Shown: positions 39,177 to 48,179 of the stretch, piece after piece | How positions within the stretch are numbered: position 1 is the stretch's first letter | How the letters are laid out: every line of letters begins with the position of its first letter | Assembly (NCBI GenBank): GCA_041496745.1 | Contig: JBGQFF010000002.1 | Coordinates: 1 to 60,015 of the forward strand | DNA length: 60,015 bases | Source of the DNA: Gammaproteobacteria bacterium | Lineage (GTDB): Bacteria > Pseudomonadota > Gammaproteobacteria > Burkholderiales > SG8-39 | Direction: 5' to 3' | Notes under the pieces: generated by a model | Told to the model about the DNA's origin: nothing | Seen by the model: the letters and a program-made list of their open reading frames with translations, nothing else | Database searches by the model: none | Position numbers and translations under genes: made by a program

Positions 39177-39964
39177 GGCAGCACCGGGACGCGCAGCTCG
39201 GTGCGGTCCTGCCGCGGCAGGCCCCAGCGCGCCTCGTACTCCACCCGCTCCAGGTACAGGCCTTGCGCGGCGAACGTCGGCGCGGCGCGCGCGCGGTCGC
39301 GCGACTCGAGCACTTCCGCGGCCCACGCGGGGGGATGCTTGCCCTTGCCCACGATCACCAGAGTACCGACGATGTTGCGCACCATGTGTTGCAAGAACGC
39401 GTTGGCGCGCAGCACGAAGTCGATGCGCTCGCCGTGCGCTTCGATGTCGAGCTCGTGCAGCGTGCGCACCGGTGTCTTGGCCTGGCACTCGGCGGAGCGG
39501 AAAGCGGAGAAATCGTGCTCGCCCCGCAGGTGGCGCGCCGCCGCGCGCATCGCCGCCATGTCGAGCGGCAGGTGGAACCAGCCGGCGTGGCGTGCGGCCA
39601 GCGCCGGCCGCACCGCGCGGTTGATGAGCACGTAGCGATAGGTGCGCGCGTGGGCGGCATAGCGCGCGTGGAACTCGGGCGCCACCACCCGCGACCAGTG
39701 CACGGCGACCGACTCGGGCAGCAGTGCGTTGATGCCGCGCACCCACGCGCTTTCCGGGCGCGCTGCGACGGTGTCGAAGTGCACCACCTGCTCGAGCGCG
39801 TGCACGCCGCGGTCGGTGCGTCCGGCGCAGGTGACCTGGATGCGCTCGCCGGCGATGCTGGCGAGCGCCGCCTCCAGGGTGTCCTGCACCGTGCCGCCCC
39901 CCGGCTGCGTCTGCCACCCGAGGAAGCGGCTGCCGTCGTACTCCAGTGCCAGCGCGATTCTCAT
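39173..39964 (-). CDS. truA: tRNA pseudouridine(38-40) synthase
   Basis: The internal ATG at 39964 gives MRIALALEYDGSRFLGWQTQPGG...CAGRTDRGVHA (catalytic Asp motif). Confidence 0.93.
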   Translation of the reverse strand: MRIALALEYDGSRFLGWQTQPGGGTVQDTLEAALASIAGERIQVTCAGRTDRGVHALEQVVHFDTVAARPESAWVRGINALLPESVAVHWSRVVAPEFHARYAAHARTYRYVLINRAVRPALAARHAGWFHLPLDMAAMRAAARHLRGEHDFSAFRSAECQAKTPVRTLHELDIEAHGERIDFVLRANAFLQHMVRNIVGTLVIVGKGKHPPAWAAEVLESRDRARAAPTFAAQGLYLERVEYEARWGLPRQDRTELRVPVLP

Positions 39965-39978
39965 GCTCTTGAAATGAT

Positions 39979-40022
39979 GGAGCCACGGAGCACGGCGCAA
40001 TGCGCGCCGCGGCCGTGGCTCC
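39979..40022 (-). terminator. GC-rich stem-loop between fimV and truA (no clear U-tract)
   Basis: Perfect 10-bp inverted repeat GGAGCCACGG...CCGTGGCTCC. The 24-nt interior contains a second small stem (GGCGC/GCGCC). Confidence 0.4.
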
Positions 40023-40040
40023 GGCAGTGCGATGCGCCCT

Positions 40041-42662
40041 TCAGCCCAGCTTGGCGAGCATCTGCCTGGCCTGGCCCTGCTGCGCGGCGTCGCCTTCCCT
40101 CAGCACTTCGTTCAGCAATTCGCGCGCGCCATCCTTGTCGCCCATTTCCTCGTAGGCTTTGGCGAGGTCCAGCTTGGTCGCGACCTCCTGCCACTTCGGA
40201 TCGGCGCTCGCGCCTGCCGCAGGCGTTCCCCCCGGCGTGCCCAGATCCAGGCTGATTTCGGACAAGTCCACCGAGGCCGACGGCGAAGTGGTGTCCACCT
40301 TGGCATCGCTGCTGCCCAGGTTCAAGTCGAAATCAAGGCCGCCGCCCGAGGCCGGCGCGCTCGGCGCGGGAGCCGGCGCCTGCGCCGCCGCAGGCGTCGA
40401 TGCGGGAAGTTCGAAATTCAGGCCGCTAACCGTGTCGCCCGCCTTGTCGCCGTCGCCGCCCAGGTCGAAGTCGAGCCCGCTGGAGGCCGCCTTGGTCTCG
40501 TTGGCGTCGATAATCAGTGTGCCGCCGGGCGAAAAATCGCTTTTCTCCTGCGCCGGCACGGACGTGCCGCCCAGGTCCAGATCGAGCGCGGACGCAGGAG
40601 CCGCTGCCGCGTCGCTGCCCGCGCCTTGGCCACCGCCAATGTCGAAGTCCACCGTGGGCACCGCGGCCGCTGCCGCGGCCGGCGCTGGCGCCCGCGCCGG
40701 TGTCGCGGCCGCTTCGCCGCGCGACCCGCCGTACAGTCCGTTGGCCGGATCGATGGAACGTCCCAACGCCGCCGCCTTGTCCCAATCCGCGCCAGCGCCC
40801 TTGGTGAGGCCCTTCAGCTTGAGCGCGATCTGCTCGAAGGACTTGGCGTCGCGCCGATTGGCATAGATCTCGAGCAGCTTGGCCTGCACCGGGATGCGGT
40901 TGGCGTCCTTCTGCAGCGCTTCCTTGAGAATCTCTTCGGCTTGCGTATCCCGGCCATAGGCCATGTACACGTCGGCCTCGGCGATCGGATCCACATCGTC
41001 GGTGTCCAGGCCGCCGACGGCGGATTGGCTCACCGACGCCTGCGACACGCTCGCGGCGGCACCAGTTGCCGCGGCAGCTCCGGTCGCAGCCGCGGCTTCG
41101 GGCGCGCTCGATGCGGCCCCGAGGACGCTATCCTGGAACTTGCTTACGGATTTTTTTTTACGCTGCCAGGCCCAAGCGCCGTATCCGGCCAGCAGCAAGA
41201 TCACCACGCCCAACCCGCCCAACGCGATCGGGTTGTCGAGGAACTCATCGGCCAGGCTGGGCTCCGGCGGTGGCGGCGCCGCGGCGGGCTTGGGCCTTCC
41301 CGGCGCGGGCTTGGCAGCCGGCTTCGGCGCCTCGGCAACTGGCTTCGCCGGCTCGGCTGCCGGCGTGGCTGGGGCTTGCGCGGCGGGTTTAGCCTCCGGC
41401 GCCTTTGCCGCTTGCGGCGCCGGCGCGGGCTTTGGGGGTTCGGGCGCCTTGGCTGCTGGAGGCGGCGCAGCGGGCGCGGGTTTCGCCGATTTCTTCTCGA
41501 GCTCCGCGAACTGCTGGTTCTTGAGCTCCATCAGCTTTTGCAGGTCTGCGACGTTTTTCTCCAGGTCGGTGACCCGGGATTGCGCTTCCTTGAGCGCGCG
41601 CTCGCGCGCAGCCTGATCGTCTTCGCGCGCAGCTTTCGCCGCCGGCGCGCCCGGCTTCTTGGGATCGGCTTTGGAGAGCTTCAGCTGGTCCTTGGGCTCG
41701 GCGGGCTTCGGCTCCTCGGCCTTCGGCGTGATCTGGCCCTCCGTCACACGCTCTGCGGCAGCTGCCGGGGCGGGCGCGGCCGCCACGGTCGCGCCGAGCC
41801 TGCTGCGGTACTCGGCGAAGTCGGCCATCTGCGCGCCGACAAGCCGGTTGGCATCCGCCGTTTCCACTGCCGCCACGGCCTCGGGATCGGGAATGTTGAG
41901 GATGCGTCCGGCGCGTACCAGGTTGATGTTGTTGCGGATGAAGGCGTCCTCGTTCGCGCGCTGCAGCGCGATCAGCATCTGGTTGAACGTGACGCCATCG
42001 GGACGGTACTGTCGCGCGACGGCGCCGAGGGTATCGCCCTTCTTCACTTCGTACGATTGCGCGCCCTTGGTCTCGGCGGGCGCGGGCGCGGCGGCAATCG
42101 GCCGCTCCTCGATACGCGGCTCTGGCATGGCCGCCTCGGCCACCGGCGCTGCCGGCGCTGCCGGCGCGGGCGCGGCGGGCGCAGCGGGCGCAGCGGGCGC
42201 CACGGCAGTTATCGCGGGGACGGCAGGCGCGACGGCCATCGGCTTCGGCGCCTTGTAATCGGTGGGGTCGAGCAGCACGGTGTACTCGCGCACGAGCAGG
42301 CCCGTCGCCCAGCGCAATTCCACCAGCATATCGAGGAACGGCTCGTTGACCGGCTGGCGCGTGGTCACACGCAACACGGTGCGGCCGTCGCTCTTCTCGA
42401 TGGCGAAGCGCACGCCGACCAGCACGGGGTTGAAGTCGATTCCCGCTTGCGCGAACGCGTTGCCCGAAGCCAGGCGCGCCTCGAGCGAGGATTCCTCTGC
42501 CGGCAGGAGCGAAACGATCTCGATCTCCACGCGCAGCGGCTGGCCAAGAAAGGACTGAACGCTCAGCCGCCCGAGACCCGCCGCTTGCGCGAGCAGCGGC
42601 AGCGAGAGCGCCGCCGCGAAGACGAGTCGAAGGAACGCGACCGGTTTAATCACCCGCACCAC
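40041..42662 (-). CDS. fimV: type IV pilus assembly / peptidoglycan-binding protein FimV
   Basis: 873 aa. Signal peptide and conserved FimV N-domain (GLGRLSVQSFLGQPLRVEIEI...REYTVLLDP). LysM motif (YEVKKGDTLGAVARQY...), coiled-coil, TM segment, TPR-like region, and the C-terminal FimV motif LDLAKAYEEMGDKDGARELLNEVL. Confidence 0.88.
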   Translation of the reverse strand: MVRVIKPVAFLRLVFAAALSLPLLAQAAGLGRLSVQSFLGQPLRVEIEIVSLLPAEESSLEARLASGNAFAQAGIDFNPVLVGVRFAIEKSDGRTVLRVTTRQPVNEPFLDMLVELRWATGLLVREYTVLLDPTDYKAPKPMAVAPAVPAITAVAPAAPAAPAAPAPAAPAAPVAEAAMPEPRIEERPIAAAPAPAETKGAQSYEVKKGDTLGAVARQYRPDGVTFNQMLIALQRANEDAFIRNNINLVRAGRILNIPDPEAVAAVETADANRLVGAQMADFAEYRSRLGATVAAAPAPAAAAERVTEGQITPKAEEPKPAEPKDQLKLSKADPKKPGAPAAKAAREDDQAARERALKEAQSRVTDLEKNVADLQKLMELKNQQFAELEKKSAKPAPAAPPPAAKAPEPPKPAPAPQAAKAPEAKPAAQAPATPAAEPAKPVAEAPKPAAKPAPGRPKPAAAPPPPEPSLADEFLDNPIALGGLGVVILLLAGYGAWAWQRKKKSVSKFQDSVLGAASSAPEAAAATGAAAATGAAASVSQASVSQSAVGGLDTDDVDPIAEADVYMAYGRDTQAEEILKEALQKDANRIPVQAKLLEIYANRRDAKSFEQIALKLKGLTKGAGADWDKAAALGRSIDPANGLYGGSRGEAAATPARAPAPAAAAAAVPTVDFDIGGGQGAGSDAAAAPASALDLDLGGTSVPAQEKSDFSPGGTLIIDANETKAASSGLDFDLGGDGDKAGDTVSGLNFELPASTPAAAQAPAPAPSAPASGGGLDFDLNLGSSDAKVDTTSPSASVDLSEISLDLGTPGGTPAAGASADPKWQEVATKLDLAKAYEEMGDKDGARELLNEVLREGDAAQQGQARQMLAKLG
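42143..42203. repeat. 9-nt-periodic coding microsatellite (Ala/Pro linker of FimV)
   Basis: ggcgctgcc ggcgctgcc ggcgcgggc gcggcgggc gcagcgggc gcagcgggc encodes the APAAPAAPAAPAPAAPAAP stretch. Confidence 0.6.
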
Positions 42663-42771
42663 CCTGAGTCGTTCTTATCGGACTGAGTACAATAACATCA
42701 TGGCGTTAGGCCTGCAAGCTGAGACCTTTTCTCGGTTTCTTGCGCCTTTAGCCTGAGGCCGCAAGGAGTAT

Positions 42772-43896
42772 TTACTGGCGCACGCCGGCATCCAAAAGGA
42801 TGCGCAGCATCCGGCGCAGCGGCTCTGCAGCGCCCCAGAGCAACTGGTCGCCGACCGTGAACGCGGCCAGGTAATCGCCCCCCATCGGCAGTTTGCGCAG
42901 GCGACCCACCGGTACCGATAACTTGCCGGTGACCGCCGCCGGCGTGAGCTCGGCCAATGTCTCTTCCTTGCGGTTCGGAACGACGCGCACCCAGTCGTTG
43001 CCCTCCGCGATGATGCCTTCGACCTCGTCCAGCGGCACGTCCTTGCGCAGCTTGATGGTCAGCGCCTGGCAGTGGCAGCGCATCACGCCCACGCGCACGC
43101 AGATGCCGTCCAACGGGATCGGCCGCTCGCTGCGGCCGAGGATCTTGTTGGTCTCGGCCTGCCCTTTCCATTCCTCGCGGCTCTGGCCGTCGCCGAGGTC
43201 CTTGTCCACCCAGGGCAGCAGGCTCGCGGCGAGCGGGTAGCCGAAGTGCTCCTTCGGCAGGCCGCCATTGCGCAGCGCTTCGGTCACGCGGCGGTCAATG
43301 TCCAGGGCGCTGGCCGCGGGATCGGCGATCGCGGGCTTTGCGGCGTCACCGACGTGCGCCATCTGCTCGGCGAGCTCGCGCATGTTGGCCGCCCCTGCGC
43401 CGGAAGCCGCCTGGTAGGTCATGCTGGTCATCCACTCGACCAGATCGTTGCGGAACAGTCCGGCCATGCCCATCATCATCAGGCTCACCGTGCAATTGCC
43501 CCCGATGTAGTTGCGCACGCCGGAGGCGAGCGCCTGCTCGATCACGGGCATGTTGACCGGGTCGAGCACGATCACCGCATCGTCCTTCATGCGCAGCGCG
43601 CTCGCCGCGTCGATCCAGTAGCCCTTCCAGCCGGCGGCGCGCAGTTTCGGATACACCTCGTTGGTGTAGTCGCCGCTCTGGCAGGCGATGATCACCGGCA
43701 GGCGCTTGAGCGCCTCGATGTCGGTCGCGCTCTTCACCGGACCCGTGTCCTTGCCGATCGCGGGCCCCTTGCCGCCGGCCTGCGAGGTCGAGAAGAACTC
43801 CGGCTCGATGTGGTCGAAGTCGCGCTCCTCGCGCATGCGCTGCACCAGGACCGATCCCACCATTCCGCGCCAACCGACGATTCCCACTCTCAGCAT
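42772..43896 (-). CDS. asd: aspartate-semialdehyde dehydrogenase
   Basis: The internal ATG at 43896 gives [21 protein letters not shown]...[11 protein letters not shown] (active-site Cys region). Confidence 0.95.
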   Translation of the reverse strand: MLRVGIVGWRGMVGSVLVQRMREERDFDHIEPEFFSTSQAGGKGPAIGKDTGPVKSATDIEALKRLPVIIACQSGDYTNEVYPKLRAAGWKGYWIDAASALRMKDDAVIVLDPVNMPVIEQALASGVRNYIGGNCTVSLMMMGMAGLFRNDLVEWMTSMTYQAASGAGAANMRELAEQMAHVGDAAKPAIADPAASALDIDRRVTEALRNGGLPKEHFGYPLAASLLPWVDKDLGDGQSREEWKGQAETNKILGRSERPIPLDGICVRVGVMRCHCQALTIKLRKDVPLDEVEGIIAEGNDWVRVVPNRKEETLAELTPAAVTGKLSVPVGRLRKLPMGGDYLAAFTVGDQLLWGAAEPLRRMLRILLDAGVRQ

Positions 43897-43906
43897 CGAC
43901 CTTCCC

Positions 43907-44962
43907 TCAAAGCGCGGCGACCACCGCGTCGCCCATTTCCTCCGTCCCCGCCCGTCTCGACCCCGCAGTATAGATGTCCGCGGTGCGCAAGCCGCTTTTG
44001 AGCACCTTGCGCACGGCCGCTTCCACCCTGCCCGCCTCATCGGCCCGGCCCAGCGAGTAGCGCAGCATCATCGCCACCGACAGGATGGTCGCCAGGGGGT
44101 TGGCCACCCCCTTGCCGGCGATGTCGGGCGCCGAACCGTGGATCGGCTCGTACAACCCCTTGCCCTTTTCGTCCATCGAGGCCGAAGGCAGCATGCCGAT
44201 CGAGCCGGTCAGCATCGATGCTTCGTCCGACAGGATGTCGCCGAACATGTTCCCGGTCACGATCACGTCGAACTGCTTCGGGTTGCGCACCAGCTGCATG
44301 GCGCAGTTGTCTACGTACATGTGCGACAGCTCGACGTCGGGGAAGGCCTTGCCCTCCTCGATCACCACCTGCCTCCACAGTTCTGTGGTCTCGAGCACGT
44401 TCGCCTTGTCCACGGAGCAAAGCTTCTTCGCGCGCTTGCGCGCCGCCTCGAAGGCGACCCGCGCGATGCGCCGGACTTCGCTTTCGCGGTAGCGCATGGT
44501 GTTGACTCCTTCGCGCTCTCCGCCCGCCAGGGTAGCGATGCCGCGCGGCTCGCCGAAGTAGATGTCGCCGGTGAGTTCGCGCACGATCAGCAGGTCGAGG
44601 CCGGCCACCACCTCGGGCTTGAGCGTCGAGGCCTGGGCCAGTTCCTCGTAGACCAGCGCAGGGCGCAGGTTGGCGAACAGGCCGAGCTCCTTGCGCAGGC
44701 GCAACAGGCCGCGCTCGGGGCGCTTGTCGCGCGGCAGCGCGTCGTATTGCGGGCCGCCAATGGCGCCGAACAGGATCGCATCCGACTCGCGCGCCAGTTG
44801 CAGGGTGGCCGGGGGCAAGGGATCGCCCGCCGCGTCGTAGCCGGCGCCGCCGACCGGCGCTTCCTGCATCTCCAGCGGCAGCGCGAGGCGGCGCAACACC
44901 TTCGTCGCCTGGGCGATGATCTCCTTGCCGATCCCGTCCCCGGGCAGTACCGCGACCTTCAT
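43907..44962 (-). CDS. leuB: 3-isopropylmalate dehydrogenase
   Basis: 351 aa: [15 protein letters not shown]...[25 protein letters not shown]. Confidence 0.97.
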   Translation of the reverse strand: MKVAVLPGDGIGKEIIAQATKVLRRLALPLEMQEAPVGGAGYDAAGDPLPPATLQLARESDAILFGAIGGPQYDALPRDKRPERGLLRLRKELGLFANLRPALVYEELAQASTLKPEVVAGLDLLIVRELTGDIYFGEPRGIATLAGGEREGVNTMRYRESEVRRIARVAFEAARKRAKKLCSVDKANVLETTELWRQVVIEEGKAFPDVELSHMYVDNCAMQLVRNPKQFDVIVTGNMFGDILSDEASMLTGSIGMLPSASMDEKGKGLYEPIHGSAPDIAGKGVANPLATILSVAMMLRYSLGRADEAGRVEAAVRKVLKSGLRTADIYTAGSRRAGTEEMGDAVVAAL

Positions 44963-44966
44963 CGCG

Positions 44967-45563
44967 TCAACGGGACAGCCAGGGATGCTGCGCCAGCCGA
45001 TTCGCCTCGAAGGCGCGGATCTTGTCCGCGTGGCGCAGCGTCAGGCCGATCTCGTCCAGGCCGTTCAGCAGGCTGTACTTGCGGAAGGCGTCCACCTCGA
45101 AGCGCAGGACCTGCGAGCGGTCGGCGGTGGACACGGTCTGCTGCTCGAGGTCGATCGTGAGGCGAAAGGCGGGGAACGACGCGCACTCGTAGAACAGGCG
45201 GTCGACCTCGGACTCCTGCAACACCACCGGCAACAGGCTGTTCTTGAAGCAGTTGTTGAAGAAGATGTCGGCAAACGCAGGCGCGATCACGCAACGAAAT
45301 CCGTAATCCACCAGCGCCCAGGGCGCGTGCTCCCGCGAGGAGCCGCAGCCGAAATTCTTGCGCGCAAGAAGGATGCTCGCGCCTTTGAAGCGCGGCTGAT
45401 TAAGTACGAATGCCGGATCGTGTCGCCAGGCGGCGAACAACGCATCGGCAAAGCCAGTGCGCTTGATCGACTTGAGGTACTCCTTGGGGATGATCTGATC
45501 GGTGTCGACGTTGGCGCGGTCGAGCGGCGCGACGAGCCCGTTGAGGACGGTGAACTTTTCCAT
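44967..45563 (-). CDS. leuD: 3-isopropylmalate dehydratase small subunit
   Basis: ATG at 45563 gives [31 protein letters not shown]...[15 protein letters not shown]. Confidence 0.95.
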   Translation of the reverse strand: MEKFTVLNGLVAPLDRANVDTDQIIPKEYLKSIKRTGFADALFAAWRHDPAFVLNQPRFKGASILLARKNFGCGSSREHAPWALVDYGFRCVIAPAFADIFFNNCFKNSLLPVVLQESEVDRLFYECASFPAFRLTIDLEQQTVSTADRSQVLRFEVDAFRKYSLLNGLDEIGLTLRHADKIRAFEANRLAQHPWLSR

Positions 45564-45565
45564 GC

Positions 45566-46984
45566 TCAGCGCCACTCCCTGATGTCGACGAAATGGCCGG
45601 CGATGGCGGCGGCGGCGGCCATCGCCGGGCTGACGAGGTGGGTGCGTCCGCCCGCGCCTTGCCGGCCCTCGAAATTGCGGTTGGAGGTCGAGGCACAGCG
45701 CTCGCCCGGCCCCAGCCGGTCGGGGTTCATGCCGAGGCACATCGAGCAGCCCGGCTGCCGCCAGTCGAAGCCGGCGTCCTTGAAGATACGGTCCAGCCCT
45801 TCGCGTTCCGCCTGCGCCTTCACCAGTCCCGAGCCGGGAACCACCATGGCGAGCTTGATGTTCGGCGCCACGCGCCGGCCCTTCACCACCGCTGCGGCGA
45901 TGCGCAGGTCCTCGATGCGCGAGTTGGTGCAGGAACCGATGAATATCTTGTCCAGCCGGATGTCGGTGATCCGGGTGCGCGGCTTGAGCCCCATGTACTG
46001 CAGCGCGCGTTCCATGCCTTCGCGCTTGGTCGCGTCCTTCTCGCGTTCCGGGTCGGGCACTGCGTCGTCCACCGGCACCACCATCTCAGGCGACGTGCCC
46101 CACGACACCTGCGGCTTGATCTCCTCCGCGCGCAGCGAGACCTCGCGGTCGTATTTCGCGTCCGGATCGGATCGCAGCGTCTTCCAGTAGGCGAGCGCCG
46201 CAATCCAGTCCGGCCCGGCCGGTGCGAGCGGCCGCCCCTTGAGGTACTCGAAAGTGGTGTCGTCCGCCGCGATCATCCCCGCGCGCGCGCCCGCCTCGAT
46301 CGACATGTTGCACACCGTCATGCGGCCTTCCATGGACAGGACACGGATCGCGCTGCCGGCGAACTCGATGGCGTGCCCGCTGCCGCCGGCGGTGCCGATC
46401 TTGCCGATGATCGCCAGCACGATGTCCTTTGCCGTGACGCCGCGCGCCAGCGATCCTTCTACGTTGACGCGCATGTTCTTCATCTTCTTCGTCACCAGGC
46501 ATTGCGTCGCCAGCACGTGCTCGACTTCCGAGGTGCCGATGCCGTGCGCCAGACAGGCGAAGGCGCCGTGGGTGCTGGTGTGGGAATCGCCACAGACCAC
46601 GGTCATTCCCGGCAATGTGGCGCCTTGCTCCGGCCCGATCACGTGCACGATGCCTTGGCGCTTGTCGAGGAAAGGGAAATAGGCCTTGGCGCCGAACTGG
46701 CGGATGTTTGCGTCGAGCGTTTCGATCTGCAGCTTGGCGAACGGGTCGCGCACGCCCGCCATGCCCTCCTCCCAATGATCGGTCGGCGTGTTGTGGTCGG
46801 CGGTGGCGACCACCGATTCGATGCGCCAGGGCTTGCGCCCGGCGAGCTTGAGCCCCTCGAACGCCTGCGGGCTGGTGACTTCGTGCACCAGGTGACGGTC
46901 GATGTAGATCAGCGCGGTGCCGTCCTCCTCGGCGTGCACCAGGTGGCTGTCCCAAAGCTTGTCGTACAGGGTCTGTCCCATCAT
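45566..46984 (-). CDS. leuC: 3-isopropylmalate dehydratase large subunit
   Basis: 472 aa: [16 protein letters not shown]...[13 protein letters not shown]...[12 protein letters not shown] (Fe-S cluster cysteine motifs). Confidence 0.97.
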   Translation of the reverse strand: MMGQTLYDKLWDSHLVHAEEDGTALIYIDRHLVHEVTSPQAFEGLKLAGRKPWRIESVVATADHNTPTDHWEEGMAGVRDPFAKLQIETLDANIRQFGAKAYFPFLDKRQGIVHVIGPEQGATLPGMTVVCGDSHTSTHGAFACLAHGIGTSEVEHVLATQCLVTKKMKNMRVNVEGSLARGVTAKDIVLAIIGKIGTAGGSGHAIEFAGSAIRVLSMEGRMTVCNMSIEAGARAGMIAADDTTFEYLKGRPLAPAGPDWIAALAYWKTLRSDPDAKYDREVSLRAEEIKPQVSWGTSPEMVVPVDDAVPDPEREKDATKREGMERALQYMGLKPRTRITDIRLDKIFIGSCTNSRIEDLRIAAAVVKGRRVAPNIKLAMVVPGSGLVKAQAEREGLDRIFKDAGFDWRQPGCSMCLGMNPDRLGPGERCASTSNRNFEGRQGAGGRTHLVSPAMAAAAAIAGHFVDIREWR

Positions 46985-46993
46985 GCCGAAAGC

Positions 46994-48127
46994 CTACACG
47001 CGCACGCGCCAGATGACGAGGGCGGCGCCCGCCAGCCCGGCGGCGGCGCTCAGCGTGAAGCTGAGCTCGGGGCCGAGTGCGGTCCACGACCAGCCCGCGA
47101 GCAGCGTGCCGGCGGTCCCGCCCAGCCCGTAGGAGAGGCTGGAGTAAAGCGTCTGCCCTCGCGCCTGCAGCGCGCCCGTGAACAGGCGGTGGACGATGGC
47201 GACGGAGGACGCGTGGTAGGCGCCGAAGGTCGCCGCGTGCAGCAGCTGCGCGAATACCAGCAGCAACGGCGAATGCACGCCCCAGCCGATGAGAGCGAAG
47301 CGCAGCGCCGCGCAGGCGCAGCTCGCCCCCAGCACCGCGCGCAGGCTGTAGCGCCTGAGCAACCGCGGCAGCGCCAGGAACAGCGCGATCTCCGCCAGCA
47401 CGCCGAGCGTCCACAGCACGCCGATGGCGGTCTTGCTGTAGCCCTCGGCATCCAGGTAGATCGAATAAAACGCATACAGCGCGCCGTGCGCCACGTTCAT
47501 GCACAGGCAGGCGGCGAAGAACGCCAGCACCTCGGGCCGCCGCAGCACCGCGGCAAGGCGCGCATCGCCCCGCCCGCCGGCGGCCGCGACGCGGCCCGCG
47601 GGCACGAGGAACGATACGGCAAGCGTGAGCGCAGCGAGCAGCACGATGACGCCGAGCAGCGACTGCGGCGGATGCGCGTCCAGCCAGGCGCCGGTGGCCA
47701 GCACGCCGGCGACGAAACCCACCGAGCCCCACAGCCGGATCGGACCGTAGCGCTCCGTGCAGGCGCCGAGCGAGCCCAGCGTCAGCGCCTCGACGATGGG
47801 CAGCGCGCCCGCCGACAGCAGGCTCATCACCAGCATGATCGCCACGGCGGCGGCATAACCTTCGACCAGGTGCAGCAGAGCGAATCCCGCCAGCACCGCA
47901 GCCGCGGAAAACACCACGATACCGCGCGCGGCGCCGCTGCGGTCCGCGAGCCAGCCCCAGAACGACGGCGCGACGATGCGCGCGAGCTGCGGCATCGCCA
48001 GCACCACCGCGATCTCGCCGGCGCCGTAGCCCCGCGCGGCGAGGTAGAGAGAGAAATACGGCACCAGCGCGCCCGCGTAGAGGAAGTAGGCGCAGAAATA
48101 CGCGGACAGGCGCAGCGGCGGCGTCAT
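46994..48127 (-). CDS. MFS transporter (MFS_1-like / HcaT-type family)
   Basis: The internal ATG at 48127 gives MTPPLRLSAYFCAYFLYAGALVPYFSLYLAARGY... About 12 hydrophobic segments. The specific substrate is unknown. Confidence 0.7.
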   Translation of the reverse strand: MTPPLRLSAYFCAYFLYAGALVPYFSLYLAARGYGAGEIAVVLAMPQLARIVAPSFWGWLADRSGAARGIVVFSAAAVLAGFALLHLVEGYAAAVAIMLVMSLLSAGALPIVEALTLGSLGACTERYGPIRLWGSVGFVAGVLATGAWLDAHPPQSLLGVIVLLAALTLAVSFLVPAGRVAAAGGRGDARLAAVLRRPEVLAFFAACLCMNVAHGALYAFYSIYLDAEGYSKTAIGVLWTLGVLAEIALFLALPRLLRRYSLRAVLGASCACAALRFALIGWGVHSPLLLVFAQLLHAATFGAYHASSVAIVHRLFTGALQARGQTLYSSLSYGLGGTAGTLLAGWSWTALGPELSFTLSAAAGLAGAALVIWRVRV

Positions 48128-48179
48128 CGCGGCGCATCTTACCCAGACGCGGCGGGGAGTCGTGCTATAAACGCGCGCC

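Noticed and set aside
40032-42686. An 884-aa plus-strand ORF antisense to fimV. Similar cases are 18846..21101 antisense to dnaK and 54400..56988 antisense to hisS/ispG.
   Set aside because: These are shadow ORFs opposite strongly supported genes. They have extreme Arg/Gly/Leu composition, no start-site signals and no recognisable motifs.
42663-42771. A possible terminator or regulatory hairpin between asd and fimV. On the minus strand it is CTTGCGGCCT...AGGCGCAAG.
   Set aside because: The stem has a bulge and is not followed by a U-tract. I saw no convincing promoter motif either. The evidence is too weak to call.
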